From the NCBI GenBank assembly GCA_031288595.1, contig JAITRB010000012.1, positions 1 through 16,843 of the forward strand: a DNA stretch of 16,843 bases, given 5' to 3'. Position numbers and translations under genes: made by a program. Source of the stretch: Puniceicoccales bacterium (lineage in GTDB: Bacteria; Verrucomicrobiota; Verrucomicrobiia; Opitutales; JAIRLG01). Below are positions 14,622-16,843 of the stretch, piece after piece. Below the pieces are notes generated by a model. That model ran no database searches. It worked only from the letters and a program-made list of their open reading frames with translations, and had not been told where the DNA came from. Position 1 is the first letter of the stretch. Every line of letters starts with the position of its first letter.

Positions 14622-16843
14622 GTGGAACGAGTGCCGGATGCTGTCGCCGATTTTGGTGAGCTGAGTAGCTCTTTCATCGATATCTGGTGGCCGAGCCTCG
14701 ATCCGCTCTCGCCGAAACCGCAAGCCGTGCTATTGCCTTCGGAGACGGCCGTTGAAAACCTGAAGATGGCCTGTGCGCAGCGCGGAATCATTTTGGGAAA
14801 TACGCCCTTCTTTTCCCCTTCTGAGCTGAGAGAATTTCTAAAATCCTCCTCGAACTCTTGCGCTCAGGTACAACAGGGCTTTCGAATCATTCCTGAAAAA
14901 ACCTTAAAATTCTGGCTGCGGAATATCCTGAAGGCCTCTACGCGGCTGCAGGCTCTAAAGCTTCAGGCCTTGAGGGAAGAAGCAGGTCTATTTTTACAGA
15001 CCTTCGCCCTGTGGAGACGGGTGAGCCCAACAAGAAGAAGACAGTCTCTCTTTGATAGCGATTTTTCTTTTTTTGCCGAGCAGTTTGAGGCGTTTCTCGC
15101 TCACCAACAGGCTGTTCTCTCCATCGAAGAAGCCTACCAATACAGTGAGTTCAAGGGAAAGCTCTTTCAAAATGCTTTTATAGGCGGGTTCTCTCCGCAG
15201 AATGGGAATGATCTGCCTTTGCTCAGGCTATGCGCGCAACTCTCGGAGCGAGTCACTTTTGCGAATCTTCTCAGTGAGAATTTTCATCGGGATAGATTTT
15301 GGCAATCCGTCACTGCCCACCTGAAGAGCGAGGATGCTGGATTCGTGGCTGACGTCCCTTCACCTTGCCGGGAGAAAAGTGCAGGGAAGAGAAAAGAAGC
15401 GTTCGTATCCGATGAGGGCGATACACCTGCATTTCCATCGACCCACTTCAGCGCCGAGACGCTGGATGAAGAAGTGGCTCAGGTGTGCGGGCAATTGCGG
15501 GTCATTCTCGGATCACGGCCCAAAGGACGCGTAGCGATCATCTTGCCCAGCGAGAGTTCTCTCGAGAATATGCTGCTGCAGGAGCGGCTCCATCGGGAAG
15601 GCATTCCCTTCAGCTCTGCCCTGCTGTTTCCGCCGCGCGTCAGAACCTATCCCATTGCCCATGCCTGGTGCCGCTGGCAGAAATCCGACCGCATCGACGA
15701 TTATTCCCAATGGGTTCAGCGCCTGTTCTTCGGAGGCTTTCTGAACGATTCGCTCAGAAAGTCCCTTGAAGGGGAAATGTCATCGGGGCTCATCCGACTC
15801 GCTTGGCACTCCTCCGGCCTGCTCCTCGATTGGGTAAGGGAAAAGACAGGCAATGGGAATCTGAAGGACTTTTTGAACCTCGCTCGCCTCTGGCCCGAAA
15901 GGGCAGATGTACCGACTTTCCTCGACTCTTTGGCACGAATTGTGGATAATGGTCTTTGGGGCTCCTTTCCCCAGGAACAGCGCTCGACCTTATTTCAGGA
16001 ACTTCGACCGTGGTCGCTCATGGGACAAAAGTGCTCCCGATTTTCTTTCATTGAATGGCTCGAAGCTTCCCTTCGCGAGTGTTTTTCCGAAACGCCGAGT
16101 TATGCCTCTCCTTCGGCAGAGGTCTGTCTGATAACGCCGGCCGAGTTCGATCACGGAATGTGGCCATGTGTCTTTCTCTTGCATTCGGCGGAACGGCTGG
16201 GAAAGCGCCATCCCTGGAGCCTCAATCCTTTTCTCCAAACCACCGGAAGGGCTTCGCGACAGAAGTCCTCATCTGAGGCTTCGCACCACTCCCCTCTCGC
16301 CGGAAACACCGAGCTTGGGGAAGAGGGTCATGAGCAGGAGCCTTTTCTGGCCCTTAACCTGAAAAAAATTCGGCGGAAATATTCTGGAGAGCATGGTTAT
16401 TTTTTCAGCATTTCCCGAGCGAATGGGGATACTGACTCTCCATCAGTGCCTATTGCATCACCAAGTCCGACTGAATCAAATGACAGCGCTTCTGGGCCTC
16501 TGAGGAGAAAATCCCCCTCCCCTTCCTCATCGGGTCATCCATCCACCATGCCGGAGCCTTTTGGGGAATTGAAAAAAATTCACCGGGAGCGACGAGATCC
16601 GCAGCTGCCATTCGGGGCCTGGGATTACAGCTTGGGAGCGCCGCTTGGGAAATACTTCACCTTCCCCTGCAAAACCTGGGAAGCCCTCCTGTGCAATCCA
16701 GAAGAGGCCTGGTATCGGTATCTCCTGGGGCGGGGAGATTTTTGGGATTTTCCCGAAGCGGATTGGCGGAAAATAGTGCTGGGGACCTGGGTGCACGATT
16801 TTCTGCACTTCCCAGAAGCCTCTGAGAACGCGCTGAATCTACC
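14622..16843 (+). CDS. AddB/RecB-like PD-(D/E)XK nuclease-family protein, 5' part only (740 codons, runs off the window); start uncertain
   Basis: I translated this by hand. The frame with codon starts at 14622, 14625... is open from the TAG at 14616-14618 to the last base of the window, and is absent from the supplied track. It shows neighbour-like third-position bias. Readable motifs are QAVLLPSETAV, GRVAIILPSESSLENMLLQERLHREGIPF and VCLITPAEFDHGMWPCVFLLHSAE. Near the end, FTFPCKTWEALLCNPEEAWYRYLLG...GTWVHDFLH resembles the entry to an AddB/RecB nuclease domain. There is no GxxxxGK[ST]. Candidate starts are GTG 14622, GTG 14631 and ATG 14766; the last would remove the conserved-looking N-terminal segment. 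Confidence 0.65.
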   Translation, partial: MERVPDAVADFGELSSSFIDIWWPSLDPLSPKPQAVLLPSETAVENLKMACAQRGIILGNTPFFSPSELREFLKSSSNSCAQVQQGFRIIPEKTLKFWLRNILKASTRLQALKLQALREEAGLFLQTFALWRRVSPTRRRQSLFDSDFSFFAEQFEAFLAHQQAVLSIEEAYQYSEFKGKLFQNAFIGGFSPQNGNDLPLLRLCAQLSERVTFANLLSENFHRDRFWQSVTAHLKSEDAGFVADVPSPCREKSAGKRKEAFVSDEGDTPAFPSTHFSAETLDEEVAQVCGQLRVILGSRPKGRVAIILPSESSLENMLLQERLHREGIPFSSALLFPPRVRTYPIAHAWCRWQKSDRIDDYSQWVQRLFFGGFLNDSLRKSLEGEMSSGLIRLAWHSSGLLLDWVREKTGNGNLKDFLNLARLWPERADVPTFLDSLARIVDNGLWGSFPQEQRSTLFQELRPWSLMGQKCSRFSFIEWLEASLRECFSETPSYASPSAEVCLITPAEFDHGMWPCVFLLHSAERLGKRHPWSLNPFLQTTGRASRQKSSSEASHHSPLAGNTELGEEGHEQEPFLALNLKKIRRKYSGEHGYFFSISRANGDTDSPSVPIASPSPTESNDSASGPLRRKSPSPSSSGHPSTMPEPFGELKKIHRERRDPQLPFGAWDYSLGAPLGKYFTFPCKTWEALLCNPEEAWYRYLLGRGDFWDFPEADWRKIVLGTWVHDFLHFPEASENALNL

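Noticed and set aside
14474-16808. Short track ORFs between the clpP stop and the window end: 14474..14791 (-), 15334..15534, 15485..15769, 15907..16131, 16055..16276, 16168..16362 (+), 15513..15710, 15990..16238 and 16527..16808 (-).
   Set aside because: All are shorter than 110 aa. They sit off-frame or antisense to a single 740-codon open frame that runs to the window edge and has protein-like composition.

Overview
This 16.8-kb window is moderately GC-rich by eye and looks like bacterial chromosome, mostly housekeeping genes. It has two divergent blocks meeting at an AT-rich intergenic region (9945-10178).

Minus-strand block (1-9944): tRNA-Ala(CGC); a UvrD-family SF1 helicase with no nuclease domain; rsmE; and a tightly coupled five-gene Bat-like (Bacteroides aerotolerance-type) operon. 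That operon runs DUF4381-like, BatA-like VWA, a BatB/BatC-like VWA+TPR fusion with a ~210-aa low-complexity tail, BatD-like, then BatE-like TPR/SH3.

Plus-strand block (10179-end): a 180-aa orphan ORF, RNase P RNA (rnpB, type A), a MarC-family membrane protein, tig and clpP. It ends with a long ORF (14622 to the window edge, 740 codons) that is missing from the supplied track and looks like an AddB/RecB-type PD-(D/E)XK nuclease subunit without a Walker A motif.

The most unusual signal is non-coding. Two copies (3311-3412 and 10859-10953) of a ~100-nt element fold into the same closing stem plus three hairpins. Every sequence difference in the stems is compensated, and I cannot assign it to any named RNA or repeat family from memory.

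I saw no CRISPR array, transposase, integrase or rRNA. Gene content and weak Shine-Dalgarno signals are compatible with a PVC/Verrucomicrobia-like organism, but that is a low-confidence guess. Several track ORFs needed start trimming, and many are antisense or off-frame shadows.
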